Of a stretch of DNA of 64,000 nt, positions 43,582-55,551 are shown piece after piece. The first letter of the stretch is position 1. Every line of letters starts with the position of its first letter. The notes under the pieces are model-generated. The model made no database searches, had not been told where the DNA came from, and saw nothing but the letters and a program-made list of their open reading frames with translations. The DNA comes from Blastocladiella emersonii ATCC 22665. Lineage: Eukaryota; Fungi; Blastocladiomycota. The position numbers and the translations under genes are program-made. Location: the NCBI GenBank assembly GCA_025594325.1, contig JANHCV010000011.1, positions 744,001 through 808,000 of the forward strand. The letters are read 5' to 3'.

Positions 43582-44974
43582 CTATCGACTCGAACTCGCA
43601 ATACTGGCGCTGCCCGAGGCCACCTTGTCCTGGTCCAGGGTCTGCTTTTCCCGCTTCTTGTCAATGTCGTGGTGGCTGAGCTGGCCGACGGCGTGCGACC
43701 CGAACCGCTGGAAGGCCGTCTTCATGAGCTTGTCGACGTCGATCATGCGCTTGGGCGCGTTCTGGATGAACTGCACCACCTCCATCTCGTCCTTGAGCTT
43801 GAGCACCTCGTCCTCGATGAGTTTGAGTACCGCGATAGCGATGCGGTACAGGATCTTGCTGCCCTCGCTACACTCGGCGCAGGGGATGTGAGTGAGTGCA
43901 AATCGTGGGGCACGGGACCATGAAAAGCGTACTAGAAGAAGCAGTCCCACGCGCGCAGGGCGCACTCGACGGGGAGAATGTTGATGTAGATGGTGAGGAA
44001 CCAGGGCGAGATGAGCATGTCGAGCTCGACGATACCGCCCTTGCTGACTTTGTTGAGCAGCGGCTTGCACTTGTCCTTGACAATGTCCTTGAACACCTTC
44101 ATCTCGGTCACGGTGCCGCTCAGCGACTTGCTGTACATGCCGGCGGGGAGCAGGTCCTCGGTGATCACAACCAGCGTCCAGAACGCCTCCTCCTCGGACA
44201 TGAACAGGAGAAGCAGCCCAACAATGTAGTTGAGCGACTGGCAGTACCCGATCTCCGTGTTGAAGAAGGAGAAGGCGACCAGCACGCGCCGCAGCGACGT
44301 CACGAGCGACTCGTTCGACCCCGACACGAACGGTGGCGGCGGCGCGTTCGGGATTGGCGTCCGCTTGTAGTGCAGGTTGTCGGGGAACGTGCGGTGCAGG
44401 TCTGGGAGTGTGTGTGCGTGAGCTCCCATCGAGCGGTTTCACGGTAGGGGGAGAGCGCACGCACCTCGCTCGATAATGTCGATAAACTCGTTGGCGGGCG
44501 AGATGCCCTTGCTCAGGTTGTGCTGCTCGCGGCCGAGCATCGACAGGTAGGTGCCGGGGTTGGCGACGAGGCGGTCGCCCGCGCCGCTGTACTTGAGCCA
44601 GGCGTGGCGGCGGTACTTTGGCGGGATGCCCTTGCGGATCATCTTCTTCACTATCCCGCGCCCGCTGGGTGCGCGTCAGCACCAAACCGGAGACTTTCAA
44701 CGATTGGCGACGACGTACGCTTGTCGGACCGCTCGGGAAGCGTGCCCTTGTTGGAGCGCAGCAGGTCTTCCCACTTGCTGAGCTGCTTGCACTCGTCCTT
44801 GACGACCTCGGCGTGCACCTTGTCCCACTGCGCGCGGGTCACAAACTGCGACTCGATTTTGAAGCCGTACTGGTCGCTAACGAGGCGCACGGCCCTCTGA
44901 GCGTCAGCACAGGCGGCTTCAAGCGGCCGAGCGGGGCGGACGCACTAGTCCTCAAAGTTGACGGCAGCGGCCAT
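43582..44974 (-). CDS. TBC-domain Rab GTPase-activating protein, multi-exon; 5' end uncertain
   Basis: IRKGIPPKYRRHAW, IIERDLHRTFP, GYCQSLNYIVGLLL, EEEAFW, RAWDCFF and EGSKILYRIA. Confidence 0.85.
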
Positions 44975-45329
44975 GGCGGGGGGATATCAGCAAGTTGGCG
45001 GTTCGTTACAGTAATGCATCAGCTAGCAGAATCGTTGCGTCGGGGGAGGCCGGGCAGCGTTGAGCCCAAGCGCAAAATGAGCCAACCGAACGAGCGGCGC
45101 CACGCCGACGTGATCGCACAGCGCCACATTTGCAAAGGGAAACGCCCCCCTGGCTGCACGTCACGCGCGCCCGCCTGACCTCGACAACTCCGCCACGCCC
45201 ACCGCGGCCGTCGCGGGGGACCCTCGCGCGTCGCTGGCCACCGTGCACCGTGGCGCACACACACCATCGAGGTGGCTGCCAGCGCGACAGCCGGTGCAAA
45301 CGAACGAAGCAAACCGCGCCACGGCCACC

Positions 45330-48060
45330 ATGAAATCCGATTTCCGGTTCTCGAATCTCTGCGGAACCGTCTACAAGCAGGGGAACCTCGTGTTCTCGCC
45401 CGACGGCAACTGCCTCTACTCGCCCGTCGGCAACCGCGTGACGTGCTTTGATCTCGTCAAGTACGCGCTTTTTGGGGAACCTACGCCACCAGCGAACACA
45501 TCGGCTGATCGATCGACGTGCGCGCGCCGGCTGCATGTGTAGCTCAAAGTCGTTTACCTTCAACCAGGAGAACCGCAAGAATGTCGCCGTCATGGCCCTG
45601 TCGCCCAACGGCATCCTGCTCCTGACCATCGACGAGGGTATGCGCTGCGCTGCCCACACCGACACCCAAATCCGCGCGCCCTGACCCATGCACCCGCTGC
45701 GTGTAGACGGCCACGCGCTCCTCGTCAACACGAACCGCCGGATCGTGATCGCGTCGCACAACTTCAAGCACAAGGTGCGCGACGCGGCCTTCTCGCCCGA
45801 CGGCAAGTGGATCCTGGTCACGGCGGGCCAGCACGCCGACGTGTGGAAGACGCCCGGGTTCCACCGCGAGTTTGCGCCCTTCATCCACTACCGCACCTAC
45901 ACGGGCCACCACGACGACGTGGTCAAGGTGAGCTGGCGCGCCGACTCGAAAATGTTCATGACGTGCGCCCGCGACATGACCGCGCGCCTCTACACGCTGC
46001 ACACGGTCGCCGGCTACGAGCCCATCACGTTCGGCGGCCACAAGGACACCATCGTGAACGCGTGGTTCGCCACCGGCGACGACGCCGAGGAGTTTGGCCG
46101 CGTCTACACGGTCGGCCGCGACGGGTCGCTGTTCATGTGGGACTGCCTCGAGAACATCGAGGGCACGACTGTCCCCAGCAAGTTCGGCGCCGCCGGCAAG
46201 CACTACTTCAACGTGCCGCACGCCAAGGTCATCTCGGCGTGCTTCCACCGGCCCTCGAGCATGGTCGTGATCGGGTTCAACACGGGCATCTTCGGCCTGT
46301 GGGAGCTGCCGTCCTTCTCCTCGGTGCACTCGCTGTCGATCGGCCAGTTCTCCATCACGTCGACCGCCATCAACGCGACGGGCGAGTGGCTCGCGTTCGG
46401 CGCCGCGTCGGCCGGCCAGCTCGTCGTGTGGGAGTGGCAGTCCGAGAGCTACGTGATCAAGCAGCAGGGCCACGCCTACGACCTGACGTCGCTCGCGTAC
46501 GCGCCGCAGGGCGCCCTGGCCACGGGCGGCGACGACGCCAAGGTCAAGCTGTGGAACGACGCGGGTCTGTGCTACGTGACGCTCGACTCGCACACGGGCC
46601 CCGTCTCGGGCCTGCAGTTTGCCAAGAACGGCCGCGTCCTGTTCTCGGGCTCGCTCGACGGCACGGTGCGCGCCTGGGACATGACGCGGTACCGCAACTT
46701 CAAGACGTACACGACGCCCAACCCGCTGCAGTTCGGGTGCATCGCCGTCGACGAGTCGGGCGACCTGGTCACGGCCGGGTCCGTCGACAGCTTCGAGGTG
46801 TTCGTGTGGGCGGTGCAGACGGGCAAGCTGCTCGAGGTGCTCCCCGGCCACACGGGCCCCGTCAGCTGCATGGAGTTCGCCGGCAACCAGCTCGTCACGG
46901 GCTCGTGGGACCGCACGCTGCGCGTCTGGAACGTGTTCGACCGGTCGCTCGCCATTGAGGCGCTGCAGCTCACGGGCGAGGTGCTCGCGCTCGCTGTCCG
47001 CGGCGACAACCAGCACGTGGCCGCTGCCACGCTCGACGGCATGATCTCCATCTGGCACCTCGCCGACGGCAAGCAGGTCGGCCTCATTGACGGGCGCCGC
47101 GACCTCAAGGGTGGGCGCAAGTCGTCGGACCTCGTGTCGGCCGAGAACGCCGGCGGCGGCAAGTGCTTCACGTCCGTGACGTACTCGGCCGACGGCGAGT
47201 ACCTGCTGGCCGGTGGGCGGTCCAAGTACGTGTGCATCTACCACGTGGCGTCGGGCACGCTGGTGCGCCGGTTCCAGGTGTCGCACAACCTCGCGCTCGA
47301 GGGCATCAAGGAGGAGCTCAACTCGCGGCGCATGACCGAGGCCGGGTCGCTCGACATGCTCGAGCGCAACCTCGACGACGAGGAGGCCGACAAGATTGGT
47401 CTGCGCGGGACCAAGAAGCTCAACCTGCCCGGCGCGGCGCGCGGCGACCTCAGCGAGCGCACCACGCACCCGGAGATCAAGACGTCGTGCGTGCGGTTCG
47501 CGCCGACGGGCCGCGCGTGGGCGGCGGCGTCGACCGAAGGCCTGCTCATCTACTCGCTCGACGACAAGATCCTGTTCGACCCGTTCGACCTGGACCTCGA
47601 CATCACGCCCGCGACGATCCTCGACACGCTGCGCGACCGCGAGTACGCGACGGCGCTGCTCATGGCGCTGCGGCTCAACGAGGCGTCGCTGATCCAGCAG
47701 ACGCTCGAAGCCGTGCCGCCGGGCGCCGTCGACTACCTGTGCAAGGAGTTCCCGCGGAAATACCTCGACCCGCTGCTCCGGTTCCTCGCCAACCACCTCC
47801 AGCACTCGACGCACCTCGAGTTCCTCGTCGGGTGGTGCGCCGCCCTCCTCAAGTACCACGCCCGGTTCATCCGCGACGAGTCCCGCGAGGCCGCCGTCAT
47901 CCGCCTCCTCAAGAAGACGCTCGGCCAGTGGCAGGCGGATCTCGGCAAGGTGTGCGACGAGAACGTCTGGACCCTCAAGTTCCTCCTGTCCGCCAAGCGG
48001 AACACGGACATTGATGCTGAAGAGGACGCTATGGACCTCGACGGCGACGACCAGGCATAG
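45330..48060 (+). CDS. PWP2: Periodic tryptophan protein 2 (WD40, 90S pre-ribosome), two introns
   Basis: MKSDFRFSNLCGTVYKQGNLVFSPDG; YVIKQQGH; RYRNFKT; AWAAASTEGLLIYSLD...FDPFDLDLDITP. Confidence 0.95.
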
Positions 48061-48146
48061 ACAGGTGGTCGTGACGCGACGAGCCTTTTATAAAATCTTA
48101 GCTTTCTTTATATACACGGCAAAAAGACATGAACCAAAACCGCCGC

Positions 48147-49727
48147 CTACTCGTCATCCTCTTCGTGCGCGAGCGCCGCCAGCGTCTCAGCCACCGCCCG
48201 GACCTGCGCGCGGTACACGCTCGCGGCCGTGAACTCGGCGATCCCGACGTGCACCTCGACCGTCTCCCCGCCGCTGGTCACTTCGAGGGTGACGTTCTGG
48301 TCGTCGCGCGCGACCTCGCGCAGCGCGATCGAGTCGATCTCGGCGAGCACGCGGCCCGCGACGACGCCCAGCAGCTCGAGCGCGCGGTCCACGACGGCGT
48401 GTCCCGCGGTGCGCGCGTGCTCGAGCAGCGCCGTGGCCGCCGACTCGGGCGTGAGCTCGGCCGACGCGTGGTACCCGGGCTTCTCGTCGGCGTTGGCCGG
48501 GGACGCCGCGGGCGGCGCGTGCAGGAGCGTCGGGAGAAAGTCGGCGGCGTCGTCGAGGGCGATGGCGAGGACGAGCGCGAGCGGCGCGGGCGCCAGGAGT
48601 TTCGGGAGGAGGTCGAGGCGGTCGGCATCCCCAAAGGATGCGACGATGGCGGGCGTGTCGGCGGCGAGATGCAGCACGGGCTGGACGTGCAGGTGCGACG
48701 CGACCCATTGCACGCGGTGTGCGAGCGCTGGGTTGTCGTGGACGAGCTCGTCGATCTCCTCGTCGAAGAAGACGGACACGCGGCCGCGCGTGTTGCCCGG
48801 GATGCAGAAGCCGTGCGCGAACAGGAGCTCCTCGTTGGACTTGTCCGGGTCGTAGCACAGGAACAGCTCCATGCCCGGGACCACTGCGTCCGCGTCCACG
48901 GCGTACATGCCGATATCGCCCGTGCGCGCGTCGCGCTCCCAGCGCAGCGTCGGCTCGTAGGAGTGGTTCGCGAAGTCGAGGACCGGGATCATGCACAGCT
49001 CGGTGGCGTTCCCGTCGAGTCGCGCGGCCGCCTCGGGGCGGAAGCACGGCACGTCGAGGACGCGCGACCAGTACACGGCGTCGGCCCACATAAAGTCCGC
49101 AAAATCAATGAGCTCCGTCATATCGAGCCCGCCAGCCTCGCGCTCGGCGCGCGGCGCGTCCTCGCGCGCATCAACCAGCGCGCCGAGGACCGCCTGGTAC
49201 TCGGCGTGCAGGTTGGCCAGCTTGGCGCGCGCGAGCCGCGGCACCGCGCACCCGTACAGCAGCACGTTCTCCTCCTCGGAGAAGAAGGCGGCCGACGTCA
49301 GCGAGCCCGGCTGCGGCAGCGCGTCGAGGTACGGCGTCCATGGGTTCGCGTCGTACAGCGCGCCGCCCGCGCGGCTCGCGGCCGCGTGCCGCAGCAGGAA
49401 CGCGACAAACACGGTGCGCTGCGCGGCCGGCGACCACGACGGCGGGCCGACGAGTAGATCGAGTGCCGCGTGCAGCTCGCGGTCGTGCGTCGCGGCGTGC
49501 TCGAAGATGGCGCGCGCCGTCACCAGCTTGCTGCGCGGGACCGAGGCGAGCGGGAGCGCCGGGTCAAAGTCGGCGCCAGAAGCGCCCTCGTGTCGAACGG
49601 CAAAGAGGCCGTGGCCGCCGAGCGGCGAGAGCGCTGGCTGGACCGTGAGCGCCTGGGACTCGGGGACGACGAGGCCGGCCCAGTCCATGAGGCGCTGGAG
49701 CTTGGCGGGGTTTGCATGCGGATCCAT
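48147..49727 (-). CDS. SET-domain protein-lysine methyltransferase (Rubisco-LSMT/SETD3-6-like)
   Basis: GGHGLFA, WTPYLDALP, MIPVLDFANHS and ELFLCYDPDKSNEELLFAHGF. Confidence 0.85.
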   Translation of the reverse strand: MDPHANPAKLQRLMDWAGLVVPESQALTVQPALSPLGGHGLFAVRHEGASGADFDPALPLASVPRSKLVTARAIFEHAATHDRELHAALDLLVGPPSWSPAAQRTVFVAFLLRHAAASRAGGALYDANPWTPYLDALPQPGSLTSAAFFSEEENVLLYGCAVPRLARAKLANLHAEYQAVLGALVDAREDAPRAEREAGGLDMTELIDFADFMWADAVYWSRVLDVPCFRPEAAARLDGNATELCMIPVLDFANHSYEPTLRWERDARTGDIGMYAVDADAVVPGMELFLCYDPDKSNEELLFAHGFCIPGNTRGRVSVFFDEEIDELVHDNPALAHRVQWVASHLHVQPVLHLAADTPAIVASFGDADRLDLLPKLLAPAPLALVLAIALDDAADFLPTLLHAPPAASPANADEKPGYHASAELTPESAATALLEHARTAGHAVVDRALELLGVVAGRVLAEIDSIALREVARDDQNVTLEVTSGGETVEVHVGIAEFTAASVYRAQVRAVAETLAALAHEEDDE

Positions 49728-50421
49728 GGTGCGAGCAGTGTGGGCGGGGAGTGAGAGGAAGCAGGGATGGAGGAGGCGGCCTAAAGGCTGGCCGAAAGGT
49801 GGCGATCGCGAAGCTCGAAAAGTAGAATCTGCCAAACCTTTCGCTGATCACCTTGGGTGACCAACGCGTCGAATCTGACCGCAGACAGGACTGATGGGAA
49901 GTCAATGATTTAAGATCAAAACGATCACAATACTTGAACAATAACCGCCTCAGAGATGATTACGTGGGAAATGGAAAGCTGCAGACGCTAACAAGATCCG
50001 CGCGTCACGGCTTGGGATTCGAGATGTCGTCACGCCGCATGACCTGAATGCGCGGCGCGTGTCTTGAAGCGTGTTTTGCTCGCTGACTATTGTTTGATTG
50101 CTTGGGCTTACTGGGCGCACGGCTACTCATGTAAAAAAAATCAGGCGATGATTCGGCCATCCACATTCATCATAACCTCCTCGAGGATAGAGCGGGATTC
50201 GGTGAGATTCTTCAAGTATGACTTGCTTGGTGCGCCTGAAGTGCTGGGTGGGGGGAAATCAACGCGCTGGTCGGACTTGGTGCAATTAACCACATCTGTG
50301 ACCCACATCCTGATGCGAGTGGACACGATGTGCCGCAGAAACTGACCGGAATATCGTCTTCAAAAAGGAATCGATGGGATATATTTGCTCCAACGAGCTT
50401 ACATTTCAGGAGCAACCAGCG

Positions 50422-50820
50422 TCAGAGCTCGGCGAGGGTGAAGGTGACGGTGCCGATCGCGCCGTCGCGAGAATTGTTGGCGCCGTCAGCACGATAAGCA
50501 AAGTCGTGGTCGAAGAGATCACACCAGAAGCGGTTCTGCCCGTTCCACGGGCAGTCCCACGAAAGGTCACCAATTCGACGACCATCAACATACAAGTGGA
50601 CCCAACCTTCGGTGCCAGCGGAAGCGCTCTCGTGCCCGCACGATGCGGCCACGGGCATCTCCTTGCCCGGAGGCACATGGACGTCAGGCTCCTTCCAGTC
50701 GTGCTTGTTGTGTCCACAGGGGTTAAACCATTTGCCCCAGTGAAGGCCGCCCGCCTTGACGTGGACCGTCTTCGAGGTGCGGTTTCTGAGCTTGATAGCG
50801 ATCCACTGCGCGTGAGCCAT
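50422..50820 (-). CDS. Aegerolysin-family lipid-binding protein (132 aa, intronless)
   Basis: MAHAQWIAI, LHWGKW, SCGHESASAGTEG, WDCPW and GAIGTV follow the ostreolysin/pleurotolysin A pattern. Confidence 0.88.
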   Translation of the reverse strand: MAHAQWIAIKLRNRTSKTVHVKAGGLHWGKWFNPCGHNKHDWKEPDVHVPPGKEMPVAASCGHESASAGTEGWVHLYVDGRRIGDLSWDCPWNGQNRFWCDLFDHDFAYRADGANNSRDGAIGTVTFTLAEL

Positions 50821-52038
50821 GACACCGTGTTTATGCTGGATAGTTAACTGTTCAGAAGAACATGCGATTGCTCGTTATAGGGTGCTCGAGGGCGTTAGAG
50901 GCGAGATTCATCCGTACTCGAGGGGAAAAAGTTGAACCGAGATGCTGGAACTTCATTGTGGAGGGGCCACCCAACCTATTGTATATGTGAGCTTTGCGGT
51001 GTGCAGTAAAGGACGACGCTGCGGCGAACGGTAACTGCTGCACCGAACAGTAAACCTTGCGGTAAACAGTACATGCTGCGCAACAGCTGCTGGTCAGGGA
51101 TCAACCGTGACGGCCACCATGCGGACAGATTGCCCGGTCCTCAGGCGACAACGGAGACAGTGGCTCGTCAACTGGTGCTCGAACGACTATAACAATCCCT
51201 TCCATAACACTGTGGGCGATAAGCTGGACAGTAGCGCATGTGATGGCCACAGTGATCCCGGCCACACGCGTGTCTGCGATCGCTTTTGCAGGCACAGAAG
51301 CTGGACGCGCTCATGCTCCGTTCTCTATCTCCGCCTCGTGTTCTGAATAAAGCAAGAAGTTTCAGCAAAATGCCCAGGATACTTCATGCACTTCATAAAA
51401 CACTGATGACGGACAACGTGATGCCCCACTGAGCAAGTGCAAGCATGAACTCGAGGTGCGGATGAGCTCCACTCCACAGTTGGCCGGTTCACTCACCGCT
51501 CACACCTTGATCGCCTCGTTTGTGCGCCTTGGCTCTATGTAGGTCGAGCGTCTCCGAGCCCACTTCCGCGCTTCCAGTCTGGCGCTTGACGGCGAGCTGA
51601 AGGCGGCCCGAGCGGACGCTCGTGAGTGGGAAGACCTGGTCAGCCGCCTCGCGTTCGCCAAGCTTCGGCGCTACCATATTCTTCTCGCGCTTGCGTACGC
51701 GGATAACTTGCCTCCGGACGACGTCGACGGGACAACGCAAGATGTACGCGGCGTCCCGTTTTCATTTAGGGCCCGTTTGGTTCCGGGGTGAATCAGGTGG
51801 ATCAATCGATTTTACACGGTCCGGTGTTCACCCAGCTGAAACGTGGCATTTTCACCCCGTCGTGTTCATCGCGGCGTTTGGTTCAACCCCCGGGTGAGCT
51901 GAATGGAACCCTCGTCGCTGAATCGCCCGTCTGCTCGCCCCCGAAACCTTCAGGCTGTGCTCCCCGGCCTATGTAAACGCCGTTTTCCTCCAAAGTAACT
52001 CGCTCTCTCTCCCCCGTCCTCCCTCAAAGCCGAAAAGA

Positions 52039-53167
52039 ATGGCTCCCCCGTCAAGCAAAAAGCGCGCTGGCCGTACGGCCATGTCCATCGAGGAGATCGT
52101 CAAGAACGTGCCCGAAATCCCGCCGCCGCCCGCCGATAGCGACGAGGATGCAGATGACGACGCTGCTGGGAGCGACGGCAACGCTGCTGTCACGCCGACC
52201 AACCCGCTGCCGCCCGTGACCATCGCCAAGCCAAGCAAGCGCAAGGCCAGTGGCAGCAAGGCCAGCAGTGGCAAGGCCAGCGGCGGCAAGGCCACCTTCT
52301 GCTCCGCGTCGACCAACTTCCTCCTCGACCACTTCTGCAACCTCGCTGACGACGGCGTGCTCGGCGACAGCAACACGCTCAAGGCCCAGCACCGTGTGTC
52401 GATTGCCCAGGCCCTGTCGGACGAGTTCAACATGCAGTTTACGGCGGAACAGGTCAAGAACCGCGTGACATACGTACGCTTTGTCTTGCGGACACGCGTC
52501 AACCGTAGCGCTAACAACGTCAGCGTTCGGCTCCAGCTTCGCACTTGTTTTCGCGCCGTAAAACGGCTTCTGTCGTACTCGGGCAACGGCTGCACCTGGA
52601 ATGAGGGTGAGTGCACGGTCGACGTGCCAGAGGAGTTCTGGAACGATCTCTCGGTACGTTTGTTCAATATCGTTACGCGTCAACTCGCGGCGAGCTAACA
52701 GCGCCTGGCCTGCTTCAATTGTAGGCAGAGCTCAAGGAGGAGCTGACTGCGGGCTGCAAGCCCTTCCCGTACTACAAGAAGGCCAACATGCTGTGGGGCA
52801 GCTCGACCGCCACCGGCAAGTACTCGCACCTCGAGCAGGACGCAAGGAGTCTGGTGACGTGGAAGGTGTTGATGGTCAAGACGACGCGGCCCCCGCCAGC
52901 AAGCGCAGCCGCACTTCGGACAGCAGCTCGCGTCGCCTCTCGGACTCGGAATTCCTCATGGGCATCAAGGAGGTGTTCCAGAGCGTCTCAACCGCCGACT
53001 CCAAGCCCGTTCTGACCGCTGCACTTGAATGGGTCCAGGACGCGTACAATGACAATGAAGAGTACCAGATCGACGTCGCCACCCGCCTGACCGAGGATCA
53101 AACGCTTCGCGTCATGGCCGTGTCCGAATCGAAGCGCAAGCGCGTCCTCGAGTTTTTCATTCAGTAG
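52039..53167 (+). CDS. Harbinger Myb/SANT-like DNA-binding partner protein, spliced
   Basis: FTAEQVKNRV, SGNGCTWNE...VPEEFW, KPFPYYKKANMLWG. Apparent introns near 52472-52535 and 52655-52730. Confidence 0.75.
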
Positions 53168-53480
53168 CTCTCTCGCACATGTCCCCCTCCCCTCGCGTTG
53201 CTTCCTGGCCTTGTTCTCGCCCATTTGTGTCCAATACATCTGGCTTTGTGTCCATCGTATCTTCAATCGTTACCCTTCGCTCGAAAATGACGCGACTCGT
53301 TGAGAAACGCGTGGTTCTCAAAGTGTCTCGCACGTCACGTGATTGATCGACGCGTCTCCACCGATGCGTTCTGACCTCAGCGACGCGTCAAATCATCTGG
53401 AATCGCTTATCTAACGTTATAGTACTTGACAAATCAGTATATTACAGCATGCATGCGGGTACAACAATTATTTCGCGCCT

Positions 53481-54798
53481 TCAAAGACGGGTCCCACGAG
53501 CGGCCATGACGCGCCTGTACTCGGTCCAAAGAACATTTGCGACGCGGTTCCGAAGCGAGATACCGCGCTGACGAGCTCCGTCCAGCGAGGCCTCGAGGAC
53601 AGCGGCCTCGTCGTCCTCCTCGTTCTCGTCGTCCAGGGGCTCGCGCCCACGTACTGGCGCCTCACGCGCCGCGTCCCGCGCGCGCCGGAGCTCCGTCTCG
53701 GCGTCGCGAAAGAAGGCGTCGCCGCCTTGGTTCCACTTGTTGATCATGTTGTGCAGCGTGCAGAGCGCGTACACAAGCTTGACTTGAGTCTTGATTGGGT
53801 AGGCCGCGCCAATCGAGAGGACGCGGAACCGCTTCTTGAGCACGCCAAAGATATGCTCAATGGAGTTGCGGAGCGACGCGTGACGCAGATTGAAAAGCTC
53901 TTCGCGGTTCTTAACTCTACGTACGTTGGTGAAGCAGATGAGATGGCGCCAACGTGATGGTCATGGCAGTGAGAACGTACCCATCCTTGCCGCGGGCAAA
54001 CTCGCGAAGATGATAGCGGGTACCGCTGAAGGGCACGATGATGGACGTGCGGTTTGCGTAGCCGCCGTCGGCGAGGTAGAAGCGGCCGGCGGGGATCTTG
54101 AACCCACGGGCGAAGGCGTCCGAGAGCACGCGCGAGTCGTGCGCCTTGCCCTCCCACCCTGCGAGAACGTAGGTGAAGTTCAAGTCAAAGTCGCAGGCAG
54201 CGAGGACATTTGAGGAGATGGTCCCCTTGCGGTTTCGGAACGAGTCGTGAAGCTTGGCGGGCACAACAAACGGGATGTGCGTTCCGTCAAGCGCGCCGAC
54301 CGCGTTCTGGAACGGAGCGTATTTCGGGTCGTGGGCGATGCGCTCATGCACGGGCGTAGAATCGGACGGCTGGACAATGAACTCGGGCATCAGGCGGTAC
54401 AGAGCGTCGAGCACCTGCTTCAGAACCCTGGACGCGGTCTCGCCAGAGATTTGGAACCGCTCCCTGAGGTTGCGGTTGGTGCTGCCCTCGCCGGCCATGA
54501 CAAGAAAAACCATGAAGCGCGCCTCGACGGACAGCTCGCGGCCGTCGGTGAGAAGGCCACGGTCGCGGAACAGGCGGCAGATGGCCTTGAAGGTCTCGCG
54601 GGGCATACGGGCGATTTCCGAAAAACGCGTTTTGCTGTTGCACGTCAGCAGCTCTTGAACCCACGACTCGCCAGAAAGCGTGGACGTGCGGATAGGCTCC
54701 CACGAGCGGCGCTCGTTGCGCGCAGCGAGACGTCGCAGGAGAGCGAGGGCGGCCGTGAGCATGAGGCCGCGCAGCTTGCGGTTGTATCCCTTGCCCAT
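53481..54798 (-). CDS. PIF/Harbinger DDE transposase (DDE_Tnp_4 type), one intron
   Basis: GALDGTH, SSNVLAACD, GKAHDSRV, FYLADGGY and FNLRHASLRNSIEHIFGVLKKRF. Confidence 0.92.
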
Positions 54799-55551
54799 GT
54801 TGTTTGAGGGCTCGAGAACACGATGCGTGAGGTTAGGTGTTGATTCGTTGCAATAAGTGCGGCTGCAAAGAGGTGGGAAAGATTTTATTGCGGGGGGGGG
54901 GGGGGGGGAGGGGCGTTCATCCAGCGGGGCGTTTGGTTCGCACGGCCGCTGAGATGAACGGGGGTGAGGTGAAACGTGGCAACTTTTTCAGCTGATCCAC
55001 CTGATCTGAACCAAACGGACCCTTATTTGATGGACAACGATTCTCAGTCGTCTTACGTTACAGGTTGAACATGTCGACAACAGGACTCGTTCACAGGATC
55101 TGTTCATCCACAAACTCGTCCAAGCCAATGGCAAGCTGCGCGAGGAAAAGCGCACTTCGCTCTCGCGTAGCGAGCAGGCGGTCAAGGAGGTGGACGAGCT
55201 TATGGCTCTTTGCCCGTCCGTTGTCGACTTCAGCCTGGAGGAGCAGCAGTACAGAATCCGCGAGTTTAGGGCTCGCCGGGAGAGCTCCGTGAATGATACG
55301 GACATCGCCGAAGCAGCCCTCGCGATAGAGGAGACGGCGTCAGTTCCCCAATCTCATCTCAGCGGCGTTCCCTCCTAACCGTTTTAGGCGCTTTTGTCTG
55401 GGTTAGTCAGCGCTGGACCAAGAAGAACTCATTGTTTGATCGTGCTTATCATTTGTCTGTCTAGTCAAAGGCATATGTGTGTTACTTTAACGACTGTTCC
55501 CTGCCTGAGAATCAAGTCATAGCACTTCAAGCTGGACACGTCCACCGAAGA

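Larger units (their letters stand above)
51769..55022. mobile_element. PIF/Harbinger DNA transposon, 3,254 bp, apparently full length
   Basis: TIRs GGGCCCGTTTGGTTC and GAACCAAACGGACCC (1 mismatch), with TTA on both flanks (51766-51768 and 55023-55025). Convergent Myb-like and DDE genes. Confidence 0.92.

Noticed and set aside
44920-44974. Stop-codon readthrough or recoding at the TBC gene start (ATG...GAC TAG in frame with exon 2)
   Set aside because: An alternative weak donor, a different first exon or a sequencing error explains it more simply; RNA-seq is needed.
51107-51346. Small Cys-rich secreted peptide near the aegerolysin
   Set aside because: No signal peptide, a non-ATG start in the ORF track and no family pattern.
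54891-54911. Poly-G tract as a functional element
   Set aside because: A simple homopolymer inside the Harbinger element; its length is unreliable.
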